DNA of 64,000 nt from Polyangiales bacterium (lineage in GTDB: Bacteria > Myxococcota_A > Polyangia > Polyangiales > Houyiibacteriaceae), in the NCBI GenBank assembly GCA_045106895.1, contig JBGCFM010000016.1, forward strand, positions 1-64,000. The letters run 5' to 3'. Of this stretch, positions 18,025 to 27,827 are shown piece after piece. Under the pieces are notes generated by a model, which was not told where the DNA came from, made no database searches, and worked only from the letters and a program-made list of their open reading frames with translations. Numbering within the stretch: position 1 is the first letter of the stretch; each line of letters begins with the position of its first letter. The position numbers and the translations under genes were made by a program.

Positions 18025-19904
18025 CGATGCTCTCCGTTCGCCGCGAAGTCGGCGAGTTTCGTAAACGCTACAAGTGGATGGCTCTAGTCGCGTGTTTGGT
18101 CTTCGCCACACTCTTTGGGCGCATGGTTCAGCTTCAGATTCTCGAAAGTGAGCAGTGGGTTGAAGAAGCCCTCGAGAACATTACGAAGACAATCGGTCTT
18201 CCGGCGACGCGCGGGGTGCTGCGCGACGCCCGCGGCCGCATCATCGCCACCAATCGACCAGCGTTCGTCGTCTACATCACGCCGCAGTTGCTCACGCCCG
18301 AGGACTTCCCGCGGCTCGTGGAGTTGATGGGTTTGAGCGAAGAAGAAGCGAGAGATCTGCAGCGCCGAGTTGCCGCGGTACCTCAGCGCCGCCGCATGCA
18401 TCAAATCGAGTTCTTCCGGGATATCGGCCGAGACCAACTCGCGGCCTTAGAAACACACGGTCGACAACTGCCTGGTGTCGACGTGGTAGCCCGGCCGATG
18501 CGAACGTACCCTTACGGCAACCTGGGGGCGCACGCCGTCGGTTACCTAAACGAAGTCAGCGCGGAGGACCTAGAGCGCCTGGGTCCGGAAGCCGGATACC
18601 GCGCGGGTGATGTGATTGGCCGAATGGGCGTCGAACGGTGGGCGGAACGATTTCTCCGGGGTCGCCGCGGCCGTCGCCGGGTGCTTGTAGACGCCCTCGG
18701 TCGCCGCCAAACCGACCAGCCAGCACTCGCGGCACAACGGGAAGAGCACGTTCCTCCTCAAGCAGGCCTCGACCTGGTGCTGACGATGGACATGGAACTC
18801 ATGGCCACGGCGCAGCGGGCGTTTGGAGGGCATCCTTCGGGTGCCGTTGTTGTCGTCGATGTGCAGAGCGGGCGTGTCCGAGCACTCTACTCAAAGCCGA
18901 CCTATGATCTGAACGACATCACGGGCGGGATGAGTCACGCAGCCTACGGTGCTCTGCGAGACGATCCGTTTCGACCGCTCATCGACAAGACCATCTACGA
19001 GTCTTATTTCCCGGCGTCGACGTTCAAGCCGGTCAGCGCGCTCGCCGGACTCTTCGATGGGAACATCAACCCGAGCGAACGGGTCGAGTGCATCGGCTAC
19101 TACATGATCGGCACCGACCGTAAGCGCTGCACTTCTGCCCACGGAGAAGTCGACTTGCGAGAAGCCCTGTCTCAGTCCTGCAACGTCTACTTCTACGCCC
19201 TCGCTGAGCGCGTCGGTCTGGAACGGCTCAATGTCTTTGGCCGTCACTTTGGTTTTGGCGAGCGGACTGGCATCGGCATCAACAGCGAGGCCCGTGGATT
19301 CCTCCCATCGCGCGATTGGTACATCGAGAACTTCGGTCGGTATCGTGAGGGCAACACACTCAACGCCGCCATCGGTCAGGGAAACACGCGCGTGACGTTG
19401 TTGCAGCTGGCGCTCGCATATGCCGCTCTCGCGAACGGCGGGACGCTCTACGTGCCCCAGATCGTCGACTCGATTCGAGATGCCGATGGAGGAGTCGTCG
19501 AAGAGTTCCCTCCGCAGGTGCGAAGCCAGCTCGATTTTCCAGAGGAGCACCTGAGGCTTATCAACGAAGGGCTCTGGGGTGCCGTCAACGCGCAGAACGG
19601 CACCGCATACGACGCGCGCATCGTCGGCGGCGTCGAGATGGCTGGAAAAACGGGAACGGCGGAAGTTTCGTCAGGCCGTCCTCGCGCCAACCTCGACCCG
19701 CATCGCGCCTGGTATTTCAACCGTTCACACGCCTGGTTCGCTGGCTACGCGCCAGTTCAAAACCCTGAGGTCGCCATCGTCGTGTTGGTGGAGCACGGTG
19801 GTTCCGGCGGTCGCGCGGCTGCGCCGATTGGCACACGTATCCTCGAGGAGTACCTCGGTGGACGCGGCGACGGCGCCGTTAGCGCATCGGTGGGGACCCG
19901 CTAA
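18021..19904 (+). CDS. mrdA: Penicillin-binding protein 2
   Basis: STFK (SxxK), SCN, KTG transpeptidase motifs; ATG 18021 overlaps the mreD stop. Confidence 0.96.
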   Translation: MTMLSVRREVGEFRKRYKWMALVACLVFATLFGRMVQLQILESEQWVEEALENITKTIGLPATRGVLRDARGRIIATNRPAFVVYITPQLLTPEDFPRLVELMGLSEEEARDLQRRVAAVPQRRRMHQIEFFRDIGRDQLAALETHGRQLPGVDVVARPMRTYPYGNLGAHAVGYLNEVSAEDLERLGPEAGYRAGDVIGRMGVERWAERFLRGRRGRRRVLVDALGRRQTDQPALAAQREEHVPPQAGLDLVLTMDMELMATAQRAFGGHPSGAVVVVDVQSGRVRALYSKPTYDLNDITGGMSHAAYGALRDDPFRPLIDKTIYESYFPASTFKPVSALAGLFDGNINPSERVECIGYYMIGTDRKRCTSAHGEVDLREALSQSCNVYFYALAERVGLERLNVFGRHFGFGERTGIGINSEARGFLPSRDWYIENFGRYREGNTLNAAIGQGNTRVTLLQLALAYAALANGGTLYVPQIVDSIRDADGGVVEEFPPQVRSQLDFPEEHLRLINEGLWGAVNAQNGTAYDARIVGGVEMAGKTGTAEVSSGRPRANLDPHRAWYFNRSHAWFAGYAPVQNPEVAIVVLVEHGGSGGRAAAPIGTRILEEYLGGRGDGAVSASVGTR

Positions 19905-21016
19905 TGGCGCTCGTACGTACTTTACGCGATCAGTTTGATTGGCCTCTCTTCGTTGCCGCCTGCGCCATCGCGACGCTTGGCGTGATCAACTTGTACAGCG
20001 CGACCAGCGCACCTGGCGCCCAAGCCAATATGTACATTCAGCAGATCTACTGGCTCACCCTCGGCGGAGGCGTTGCGGTGATGATCGTCGCCATCGACTA
20101 TCGTCACTTCGAGCGACACGCCTGGTTGATCTATGGCGCGGGGGTCGTTCTTCTCGTGTTGGTGTTCCTCCTCGGAAAGACGATTCGAGGGTCTACTCGT
20201 TGGATTCCCATCGGAGGTTTTTCACTTCAGCCGAGCGAGTTGATGAAGATCTTCTTGATCATCGCCTTGGCCAAGTACCTCCACAATGATCCCAAAACAG
20301 AGGGGCGCACACTCAAAGACCTTGTGATTCCCGGGTTTATTCTCGCGGTCCCCATGGGCCTCATTCTTGCGCAGCCGGATCTCGGAACCGCACTGATCTG
20401 CGCATTCATTTTCGGGACCATCATGGTCTTAACGAACCTGAAGTTGCGCTCACTTGTGACGCTTGCGTCGGCCTTCGTTGCCAGCGCGCCCCTGGCCTGG
20501 ACGTACTTGTTTCAAGGCTATCAGCGGGGTCGTATTGACGCGTGGTGGGGCCGCCTCACAGGGAATGAGTTAGACATCCTTGGAAAGGGTTGGCATCCCC
20601 ATCAATCTCTGGTGTCTATCGGAAGTGGTTCATTCTTCGGGAAGGGGTTCACGCAGGGCACTCAGAATCAGTTTCGTTTCTTGCCCGACCAGCACTCCGA
20701 CTTTCCGTTCAGCGTGTGGGCGGAGGAGCAGGGCTTTCTTGGGACGATGTTGATCATCGGCCTTTACCTCTTCTTCGTGCTCTGGGGACTGAAGATCGCA
20801 TCGCAGGCGAAGGACCGCTTTGGTGCCGTCGTCGCCGTGGGCGTTTCCGCGATGGTATTCTGGCAGGCGATCATCAACATCGGCATGGTGAGTGGCCTCC
20901 TGCCCGTCGTGGGCATGACCTTGCCGCTCTTTAGCTACGGTGGCTCGTCTGTGCTCACCATCATGATGGGCGTAGGTCTGTTGATGAATGTGTCGATGCG
21001 TCGCTTTAGCTACTGA
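19904..21016 (+). CDS. rodA: SEDS peptidoglycan glycosyltransferase RodA
   Basis: RWI..G.FSLQPSE..K, QPDLGTA, LPDQHSDF, LPLFSYGGSS. Confidence 0.96.
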   Translation: MALVRTLRDQFDWPLFVAACAIATLGVINLYSATSAPGAQANMYIQQIYWLTLGGGVAVMIVAIDYRHFERHAWLIYGAGVVLLVLVFLLGKTIRGSTRWIPIGGFSLQPSELMKIFLIIALAKYLHNDPKTEGRTLKDLVIPGFILAVPMGLILAQPDLGTALICAFIFGTIMVLTNLKLRSLVTLASAFVASAPLAWTYLFQGYQRGRIDAWWGRLTGNELDILGKGWHPHQSLVSIGSGSFFGKGFTQGTQNQFRFLPDQHSDFPFSVWAEEQGFLGTMLIIGLYLFFVLWGLKIASQAKDRFGAVVAVGVSAMVFWQAIINIGMVSGLLPVVGMTLPLFSYGGSSVLTIMMGVGLLMNVSMRRFSY

Positions 21017-21058
21017 AGCGCATCAAGAAGTCGTCGCGAAGATGAAAAGAGGAAAGCC

Positions 21059-21886
21059 ATGACGTTGGTAGCGGTCACACAGATGACGTCGAACGACGAC
21101 GTGTCTACGAACCTTGATGTCGTCGAAGGAAACGTCGCGAAGGCGGTTGCGAGGGGCGCTGAGCTTGTCTTGGTGCCCGAGTGCTTCGCTTTTATGGGCC
21201 GCGAGGAGGACTACTTCGGCATCTCCGAGGTGCTGCCTCGAGATGGCGAGACAGGCGGGCCCATCTACTCACGCTGCGCGGCGATGGCTCGCGCGCATCA
21301 AGTGGAGATTATCTTCGGCGGGTTTTGGGAGCGTGGTGATGAGCGGGTGCGGAACGCGAGTGTTCAGATTCGCGCCGACGGATCGCTTGGTGAGGTCTAC
21401 CGGAAGATTCACCTCTTCGATGTGGACCTCGCCGACGGAACGAAGCTCTGCGAGTCGGCGATGGTCGAAGCGGGTACGGAGACGGTTCTCGCGCAGACGC
21501 CTGCCGGCCCCGTGGGGATGAGCATTTGTTACGACCTCCGCTTCTCGGGCTTGTACCGCGAGCTCGTCGACCAGGCGGCGAAGATTCTGACGGTGCCAGC
21601 CGCGTTCACTTTGATGACGGGAAAAGACCACTGGGAGGTGCTCCTTCGCGCACGCGCCATCGAGCAGCAGTCGTACGTTCTCGCCTCGGCGCAGGTTGGC
21701 AGTCACGTGTTCGTCGATGGCAGCGGGACACGTCAATCCTGGGGCCACGCGATGATCATCGACCCTTGGGGAACGGTTCTCGCGCAATGTGGTGCCGGGG
21801 AGGGCGTGGCCGTCGCTGATATCGACCTGGCTGAGGTGGACCGCGTCCGCCGGCAGCTCCCCTCCCTTCGTCACAGGCGTCGCTGA
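21059..21886 (+). CDS. Carbon-nitrogen hydrolase (Nit1-like deaminated glutathione amidase)
   Basis: E-K-C triad: PEC, YRKIHLFD, ICYDLRF; HWEVLLRARAIE. Confidence 0.92.
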   Translation: MTLVAVTQMTSNDDVSTNLDVVEGNVAKAVARGAELVLVPECFAFMGREEDYFGISEVLPRDGETGGPIYSRCAAMARAHQVEIIFGGFWERGDERVRNASVQIRADGSLGEVYRKIHLFDVDLADGTKLCESAMVEAGTETVLAQTPAGPVGMSICYDLRFSGLYRELVDQAAKILTVPAAFTLMTGKDHWEVLLRARAIEQQSYVLASAQVGSHVFVDGSGTRQSWGHAMIIDPWGTVLAQCGAGEGVAVADIDLAEVDRVRRQLPSLRHRRR

Positions 21887-21931
21887 AGACTAGACTTTGC
21901 GATCCGGCGTTAGTCGTTGTACCCATGGGGG

Positions 21932-22471
21932 GTGAACGGCAAAAACTTACTCGTCCTCGGCTTTTTAGGGCTCGCCGCGTGCGCGCCTCAGGAGTCGTCA
22001 GAAGCGCTTCCGGCTCCTTCAGAAGCGCCGGCTGAGACCGTCGCTGCTGAGAACACACCCGAAGAAGCGGCTCCTGCGAACCCGGCGGCGGAAGCGGAGC
22101 AGACCGTCTTTGGTGCGGGCGTAACGGACCGCGAGCTGACACCCCTGAGCGACCTCACCGGCGCCCCGGAGCGATTCGACGGACAAGTGATCAAGACCGA
22201 AGGCGAGATCACCGCCGTGTGCCAACGAATGGGATGCTGGATGGAGATGCGCTCAGAAGAGGGCGCACCGACCGTCCGCGTACCCCTCGCGGGTCATGAC
22301 TACTTCTTGCCGCGTGACGTCTCGGGTCGACACGCGACGATTGAAGGGCAGGTCGCGATTCGCGCCTTGAGCGACGCGGAGCGGGAGCATCTTGCGAGCG
22401 AAGGCGCACAGGCCGTCGCCACCGCATTGCAGGTCAGCGCCACCGGCGTCGTGCTCTCCGACCCATCATGA
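21932..22471 (+). CDS. DUF4920-like OB-fold lipoprotein
   Basis: Lipobox LAAC; VCQRMGCWM motif. GTG start inferred. Confidence 0.78.
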   Translation: MNGKNLLVLGFLGLAACAPQESSEALPAPSEAPAETVAAENTPEEAAPANPAAEAEQTVFGAGVTDRELTPLSDLTGAPERFDGQVIKTEGEITAVCQRMGCWMEMRSEEGAPTVRVPLAGHDYFLPRDVSGRHATIEGQVAIRALSDAEREHLASEGAQAVATALQVSATGVVLSDPS

Positions 22472-23391
22472 TCGTCTCTACGCGCAATACCTGGCTTCAC
22501 ACGCTCTTCCAGGTGCGAGGCAGCACAATCGTGCGGACGTGGCGGCGTCTGCTCCTCGCCGTCGGTGTGGCTGTCGTCGTCACCTACCTCCATGAATCTT
22601 ATCTCAAGGACTCCGCAATCCTTGAAATCGACATGACGCCGTTCAGCCTAACGGGGTTGGCCCTCGGCATCTTTCTCGGTTTCCGAAACAACACCAGCTA
22701 CGACCGCTTCTGGGAAGGGCGCAAGCTCTGGGGGCGCGTCGTCAACGCAAGCCGTACGCTGACTCGACAGCTCCTTACGCTGACGCGCCCCGCTGGGGCG
22801 GAGTTTCATCGCGAGAGCGTGTATCGCCTGATCGCTTATGTACACGCGCTGCGTCTTCATCTGCGGAACAGCGACGACCATGGTCAGCTCAGCGAGTTTC
22901 TCCCGGCGGATGAGCTGGCGGCGCTGAAGGGAGAGTCAAACGTTCCCATCGCGATTCTGCAGACGATGGGTGAGCGCTTTCGCGACGTTTGGGACGAAGG
23001 ACACGTCGACGCCTTCCATCTGCCGATCCTTGAAGGGTCGCTTACGGAGCTCGCCGGCGTTCAGGGCGGCTGCGAGCGTATCCGCGCAACACCTATTCCG
23101 TTCAGCTATTCGGTGCTCCTGCACCGAATCGTCGCCGTCTATTGCCTCACCTTACCCTTCGGGCTTGTCGCATCGACGGGCGTGCTGACGCCTTTCGTCG
23201 TCCTCCTGATTTCCTACGCTTTCTTCGGCCTAGATGCAGTGGGCGAAGAGATCGAAGACCCGTTTGGCTTCGATCCAAACGACCTGCCTCTCGACGCCAT
23301 TACCCGAATGATCGAAGTGAACCTCCGTCAACGCCTCGGAGAAACAGAGCTTCCAGCGCTGCTCAAGCCCGAAAGAAACGTCCTCACCTAA
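22468..23391 (+). CDS. Bestrophin-family ion channel (YneE-like)
   Basis: LGFRNNTSYDRFWEGRKLWG, CERI..TPIPFSY, EIEDPFG.D.NDLPL. Confidence 0.93.
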   Translation: MIVSTRNTWLHTLFQVRGSTIVRTWRRLLLAVGVAVVVTYLHESYLKDSAILEIDMTPFSLTGLALGIFLGFRNNTSYDRFWEGRKLWGRVVNASRTLTRQLLTLTRPAGAEFHRESVYRLIAYVHALRLHLRNSDDHGQLSEFLPADELAALKGESNVPIAILQTMGERFRDVWDEGHVDAFHLPILEGSLTELAGVQGGCERIRATPIPFSYSVLLHRIVAVYCLTLPFGLVASTGVLTPFVVLLISYAFFGLDAVGEEIEDPFGFDPNDLPLDAITRMIEVNLRQRLGETELPALLKPERNVLT

Positions 23392-23435
23392 GGGGCGCTC
23401 GGGCGAAGGCACGCTGGCTTTGTTACCCTGCGTGT

Positions 23436-24578
23436 ATGGCGCTTCGCTTTTGCTTGCTCGTCTGCCTCACTGGATGCGGACTTACCCTCGATCTTGATGA
23501 ACCCGTGGACGCCTCGGTTCCCGACGCCGCAGTGGGTGACTCGGCAGCGGACGCCTTCGACGGCGGCCTCGACGCGCGACCGCTCGATGCACTGGTCGTC
23601 GATGCCGGCGCGCCGGATGTCGGTGAAGACAGCGCCGTCATGCGTTTTGACGGAGGCTTTGATGCGCCACCCGGATGCCCGCCGTCGTGCCCACCGGACA
23701 CCTACTGCGACGACGTTAGATGCGTTCCATATTGCATCGGTGACGGAGACTGTGGTGTTGGACGGATCTGTTACGCCGAGAGCGGAATCTGCGCTGAACC
23801 CGCGTGCGTCGAGGATGACGAATGCGTCGACCTCGAGGGTCAAGGGTGCACGGTGCCAAGGTGCGAAAGTGGCCGGTGCGACTTCCCCCTCGTCGAGTTC
23901 AACGAGGTGTGCCAGGACTGCGACCCCCGAAGTGGAGAGATCTTCAGCTACGACGAAGACAACGACGGGTTCCCTCCATGCGTCCCCGAGTGCACCGACG
24001 GACCGGGTTCGTGCGACTGTGATGACACCGACGCGTTCATCAATCCAGAGACACTCCGGCAGTTCGGCCCGGGCGCCGACATAGAGGGGATCTGCAGCGG
24101 GACTGTGCCCCTGCCGGCTGGCCTCTTTTGCGTGATCGACCAAGACGAGGACGGCGCCCCGGTTTTTCGGCCGACCTTTGGAGGGAGCACGTGTGAGTCC
24201 GATATCGTTCTCGAGCTCGAAGAGCTGCGCGACGAGCTGCGCCGGAGAGGTGGGCCCGATTGCGATGATGACGACATGGTCGTCCACCCGATGCAGGCCA
24301 TGTACATGGAGGAACCGCGTAGCGAATGTGAACTCCCAAGACCGTGCTTTGACTACAACTGCGACCGCCGCCAAGAACGAGAGTACCCAGCTTTTGAGCA
24401 TTGTGGGCGGGCCTTCGATGAGGATGAATGCGCGGGTGCTTCTGGCTGGCGACGGCGGGGATCGGGCGACGCCGTTCCTCCATGCGGCGGAATGGGTGAG
24501 CTTACGACCTGCAGATGGTCCGCACTTGATGGCTGCATCGTTGCGGCGACCACTGAAGCGATTCAGGGCTGTCGCTGA
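23436..24578 (+). CDS. Cys-rich lipoprotein with DxDxDG/DCDD putative metal-binding repeats
   Basis: Lipobox LTGC; DEDNDGF...DCDD..INP and DCDDDD..VHP...DYNCD repeats. Confidence 0.8.
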   Translation: MALRFCLLVCLTGCGLTLDLDEPVDASVPDAAVGDSAADAFDGGLDARPLDALVVDAGAPDVGEDSAVMRFDGGFDAPPGCPPSCPPDTYCDDVRCVPYCIGDGDCGVGRICYAESGICAEPACVEDDECVDLEGQGCTVPRCESGRCDFPLVEFNEVCQDCDPRSGEIFSYDEDNDGFPPCVPECTDGPGSCDCDDTDAFINPETLRQFGPGADIEGICSGTVPLPAGLFCVIDQDEDGAPVFRPTFGGSTCESDIVLELEELRDELRRRGGPDCDDDDMVVHPMQAMYMEEPRSECELPRPCFDYNCDRRQEREYPAFEHCGRAFDEDECAGASGWRRRGSGDAVPPCGGMGELTTCRWSALDGCIVAATTEAIQGCR

Positions 24579-24609
24579 GCTGCGCTCTGGAATGGAGACT
24601 CGTGCGTCG

Positions 24610-25326
24610 CTAGCTGAGCTGCGCGCCGAAGAACGCTAACATCCGCGCCCAGGCATCTTCCGCGGCTTCGGGATCGTATCCAACGCGCATGGGTCCCACC
24701 TTGCCTAGACGTTCGGTCCAGGTTCCGCGCGGCGTCGTCATGAACGAGTGCCCCACGCCGGGGTAGACCTTGTGGTCATGCTCGATGCCCGCCTGCACAA
24801 GGTGACGCTTGAGCTTCTTTCCTTTGGCGAGAAAGACTAGGTCGCGCTGTCCGTAGGACGCCACGACGGGGCAGCTGCTTTCGATCTTCTCGAGGTATCC
24901 GTCGCTCATCCCATAGAAGGGCGCGGCGGCGCTCACGCGTGCATCGAGGGCCATGACGAGAGCGAAGCCACCGCCCATACAGAACCCGGTGACCGCCATG
25001 CGCGTATCGTCCACGTGCGGATCATCGCTCAGGTAGTCGAGGGCCGCGTAGAGGTCGTCGACGGCCTCTCCATTGCCGCGTTGCATCGCGAGCATGCAAC
25101 GGGTGACGCACACGGGTCCGGAGGCGTCGCGGTCGTAGAGGTTCGGCGCGAGGGCGACATAGCCTTCGGCGGCGAAGCGCTCGAGGATCGGCTCCAAGTT
25201 GTCGACGAGTCCATAGATCTCATGGACGACGAGGACAGCTGGGTAAGGTCCCTGGCCCTCAGGACGAGCGACCCACGCTTCCATCGGACGTCCATCGCCG
25301 GCTGGGTATGTGAGTCGCTCGATCAT
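24610..25326 (-). CDS. Dienelactone hydrolase family protein
   Basis: HEIYG, GFCMGG, YPGVGHSF. Confidence 0.93.
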   Translation of the reverse strand: MIERLTYPAGDGRPMEAWVARPEGQGPYPAVLVVHEIYGLVDNLEPILERFAAEGYVALAPNLYDRDASGPVCVTRCMLAMQRGNGEAVDDLYAALDYLSDDPHVDDTRMAVTGFCMGGGFALVMALDARVSAAAPFYGMSDGYLEKIESSCPVVASYGQRDLVFLAKGKKLKRHLVQAGIEHDHKVYPGVGHSFMTTPRGTWTERLGKVGPMRVGYDPEAAEDAWARMLAFFGAQLS

Positions 25327-25328
25327 CT

Positions 25329-25760
25329 CTAGAGCCCCACCCGAAGGCGTCGCGTCGGAACTGGCGGAGGGGTCCCCTTGAGGTTCTCGCGAATCATGAG
25401 ACGGGTCGCCAGATCGATGGAGGTGAACTGCAAGCCAATGCAGTAGCCGGGGTCGTAAGGACGCCAGCCTTCGATAACTCGGGCAATGCGTGCCTCGACG
25501 TCGACCCAGCGGTCGGTGCCGGGAACCTGAAAGCTCACCATTACGTCTTCACCAGCGGCCGCCTCAGCATCCGCCGCGACCATCATTCCCATGGGGGAGA
25601 TGTCGAGGATACGTTCACCGAGGAGGCGGAACCCATCGAGGCCCACGGCCTGACAGCGCCCACGCGTAGCTCGGCGGAGGGTACGGCGACGACGACGAGG
25701 GGATGAAAAACGCTTTCTAAGGACCATGTTCTGGGCTCCGTGACGCGAAAACTCGCGCAT
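25329..25760 (-). CDS. Stand-alone PilZ domain protein
   Basis: RRTLRR (RxxxR) and DISPMG (DxSxxG); G..F C-terminal strand. Start uncertain. Confidence 0.82.
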   Translation of the reverse strand: MREFSRHGAQNMVLRKRFSSPRRRRRTLRRATRGRCQAVGLDGFRLLGERILDISPMGMMVAADAEAAAGEDVMVSFQVPGTDRWVDVEARIARVIEGWRPYDPGYCIGLQFTSIDLATRLMIRENLKGTPPPVPTRRLRVGL

Positions 25761-25829
25761 GTGGTTGCATGTAGGACACGAACCTACGTCAACTCACCTG
25801 GGGCACCAAGAAAGTGGTGTCGAAAGATG

Positions 25830-26684
25830 TCAGGAACCGGGGAGCGCCTTGGCGGCGTCCTCCGGCGTCAGGTCGCCGTTAAGAACGCGCCGCAGGCGCG
25901 GGTCATCCACCGCGCGTAGATGCGGAACATCCTGTCCATGACGAACCCCGACGAGCTCTGCCACGATGCTCGCGGCGATTTCACCCGGCGAGACTGCGCC
26001 CAGAGGGACACCCACGGGCGCATACACGCGGTCGAGTGGGGGAAGGTCCGCGCGCGACGCGATCCGATGAAGGACGCGAAACACCTTTCTCTTGGACCCG
26101 ATCATACCGATGTAGCGATGTGGGCCGCGGGCGTAGTGGTCGAGGGCCACTTCATCGAGGTGGTGATCATGTGTCACGATCAACAGCCAGTCATCGGCGC
26201 GCACGTTCAGGACGTCCGCGGCTTCGAGAGGCTCATAGACGTGGCGCGTACATCCAGGGAAGCGCTCCACGGTGTTGAGCTCGTCCCGATCGTCCACAAC
26301 ACAGACCTGAAATCCCGCCAGGCGCGCGATGGCCGCGGTGGGCATCGCGACGTGTCCCGCACCAAAAATGATGAGCCTCGGCTCGTTCTCAAGCGCTTCG
26401 ATGAAGACCTCCATTCGCCCCCCGCAACACATTCCTAGGTCGCGGCCGAGGTCGCTCGTGAGCACGTGGGAGCGACCGCTTCGAAGGCACTCGCCCAGGG
26501 TTCGAATCACCTCCGCTTCAATGGCGCCGCCGCCAACGGTTCCGCAGATGCTCCCGTCTTCGCGGAGCAGAAGACGTGCACCGGGAGACTGGGGCGTCGA
26601 GCCACTCGTTCGGGTGACCGTCGCGAGGGCACCTCGCTGACCATTCGCCAGTAGCTCACCGATCGCTTCATGAACCTCACGCAC
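25830..26684 (-). CDS. xdhC: XdhC/CoxI family molybdoenzyme maturation factor
   Basis: GSTP..PGA, GTVGGGAIE, GMCCGG, IFGAGHVA, YIGMIGSKRK. Confidence 0.9.
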   Translation of the reverse strand: MREVHEAIGELLANGQRGALATVTRTSGSTPQSPGARLLLREDGSICGTVGGGAIEAEVIRTLGECLRSGRSHVLTSDLGRDLGMCCGGRMEVFIEALENEPRLIIFGAGHVAMPTAAIARLAGFQVCVVDDRDELNTVERFPGCTRHVYEPLEAADVLNVRADDWLLIVTHDHHLDEVALDHYARGPHRYIGMIGSKRKVFRVLHRIASRADLPPLDRVYAPVGVPLGAVSPGEIAASIVAELVGVRHGQDVPHLRAVDDPRLRRVLNGDLTPEDAAKALPGS

Positions 26685-26867
26685 CGCGGGACCTTACCAC
26701 TTTCTGGACGCCTGCCCGGCGAGGAGCGAGGGTCCACGGATGTCCCGTACGCAGCGCCAGAATCCTCGAACCGATACTCCCGCGAAAGTGCAGAACCCGA
26801 CCTCGCCGGGGATGCTTCGCTCCCCCGTACCCATCGAGGCGCCTCGCGGACCTGACCACAACAAGCG

Positions 26868-27025
26868 CTAGCGTGCGATTCGAAAATCTTGAGGGGTTTT
26901 CTCGTCAGCGCCGCTCAGCCCTGCGTTGCTCGTCGTAGAAATATCCAGATATTCCTTCTCCTCGCGCCTTGGTCTGAACGGCGCTGTCTTCGCCCTCCCG
27001 ACAACCTTTCTGAATCGCACACTAG
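26868..27025. mobile_element. Non-autonomous MITE/REP-like element (158 bp) with CTAG-bounded terminal inverted repeats
   Basis: Left CTAGCGTGCGATTCGAAAA vs right reverse complement CTAGTGTGCGATTCAGAAA; nested inner repeats CAGCGCCG/CGGCGCTG; apex AATATC-CA-GATATT; right CTAG contains the stop codon of the flanking gene. Confidence 0.65.
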
Positions 27026-27780
27026 AAAGCGCTCGTCGCGCCTTCGAGTCCGTAACCCAAGAGCTCCACGGTGTGCTCTCCGCTTTCGTCGCTGAGCTTG
27101 ACCATTCCGCTGATCGGCACCTCCGGATGGCGCCAGACGATGGCATTCATCGGTTGCTCCGGAAGGCCGAGCGCCTCCGTCGTGTGTCGTGAACCGCTGA
27201 ACGCACCGGCGGGCACACTCACCGCCTCCGCTTCGACTTCGCCTTCGAGAGAATCCGGAAAGAGCAGGGCGATCCATTGCTGGAGCATGGGGCGAAACTG
27301 CGGCATCAGCCGGGGAGGGATCTGCTCCACTTCTCCGTTGCGCTTGAACATGAGCGCGAGGAGCTCCGTCGGGCCATCGGCGGAGGGGCGGAGGTGCATT
27401 CGAACGTGGCGCGTGGCGGTTCGGCGGCGGTCTTCAACCTCGACCCAAAACCCGCCGGCTTCCCGGTCCACGATGGAGTAGCGGGTGAAAGAGCGCCCGC
27501 CGTTTCGGTAGGTCACGCCGTAGCGAGCCCATTGGCCGATGGCCGGTTCGATGAGTGTAAGGCTCTCGCTGGCGGGAATCTCCGGGGGCGGCTCGGCGTT
27601 TTCATTTGCCTCGGGATCGGGTTCTTCGCTCGGCTGCACTTGCGCCGTAGGTCGCGGCGGGCCGCTCCGCTCGGCGTTCGGTTCAACTTCGACGGGCTCC
27701 GGCTCTGGCTCCGTGCCGCGCGACTCGCCACAGCTAAAGACGCAGACCAAGAAACTCGAGACGATGAGGGCGCGGAGCAT
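27022..27780 (-). CDS. Hypothetical lipoprotein
   Basis: Lipobox VFSC, Pro/Glu linker, VSVPAGAF motif. Confidence 0.75.
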   Translation of the reverse strand: MLRALIVSSFLVCVFSCGESRGTEPEPEPVEVEPNAERSGPPRPTAQVQPSEEPDPEANENAEPPPEIPASESLTLIEPAIGQWARYGVTYRNGGRSFTRYSIVDREAGGFWVEVEDRRRTATRHVRMHLRPSADGPTELLALMFKRNGEVEQIPPRLMPQFRPMLQQWIALLFPDSLEGEVEAEAVSVPAGAFSGSRHTTEALGLPEQPMNAIVWRHPEVPISGMVKLSDESGEHTVELLGYGLEGATSAF

Positions 27781-27827
27781 GCTTTGAGCTAGCAGCTTTT
27801 CCGCGGCTCATCGACCTCGGAGCTTAT

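Noticed and set aside
26700..26867. Possible Moco riboswitch upstream of xdhC (10-bp inverted repeat 26715-26724 / 26801-26810)
   Set aside because: No Moco/Tuco consensus recognised, and xdhC has a TAAGGT box 6 nt before its start, implying no 5' leader.
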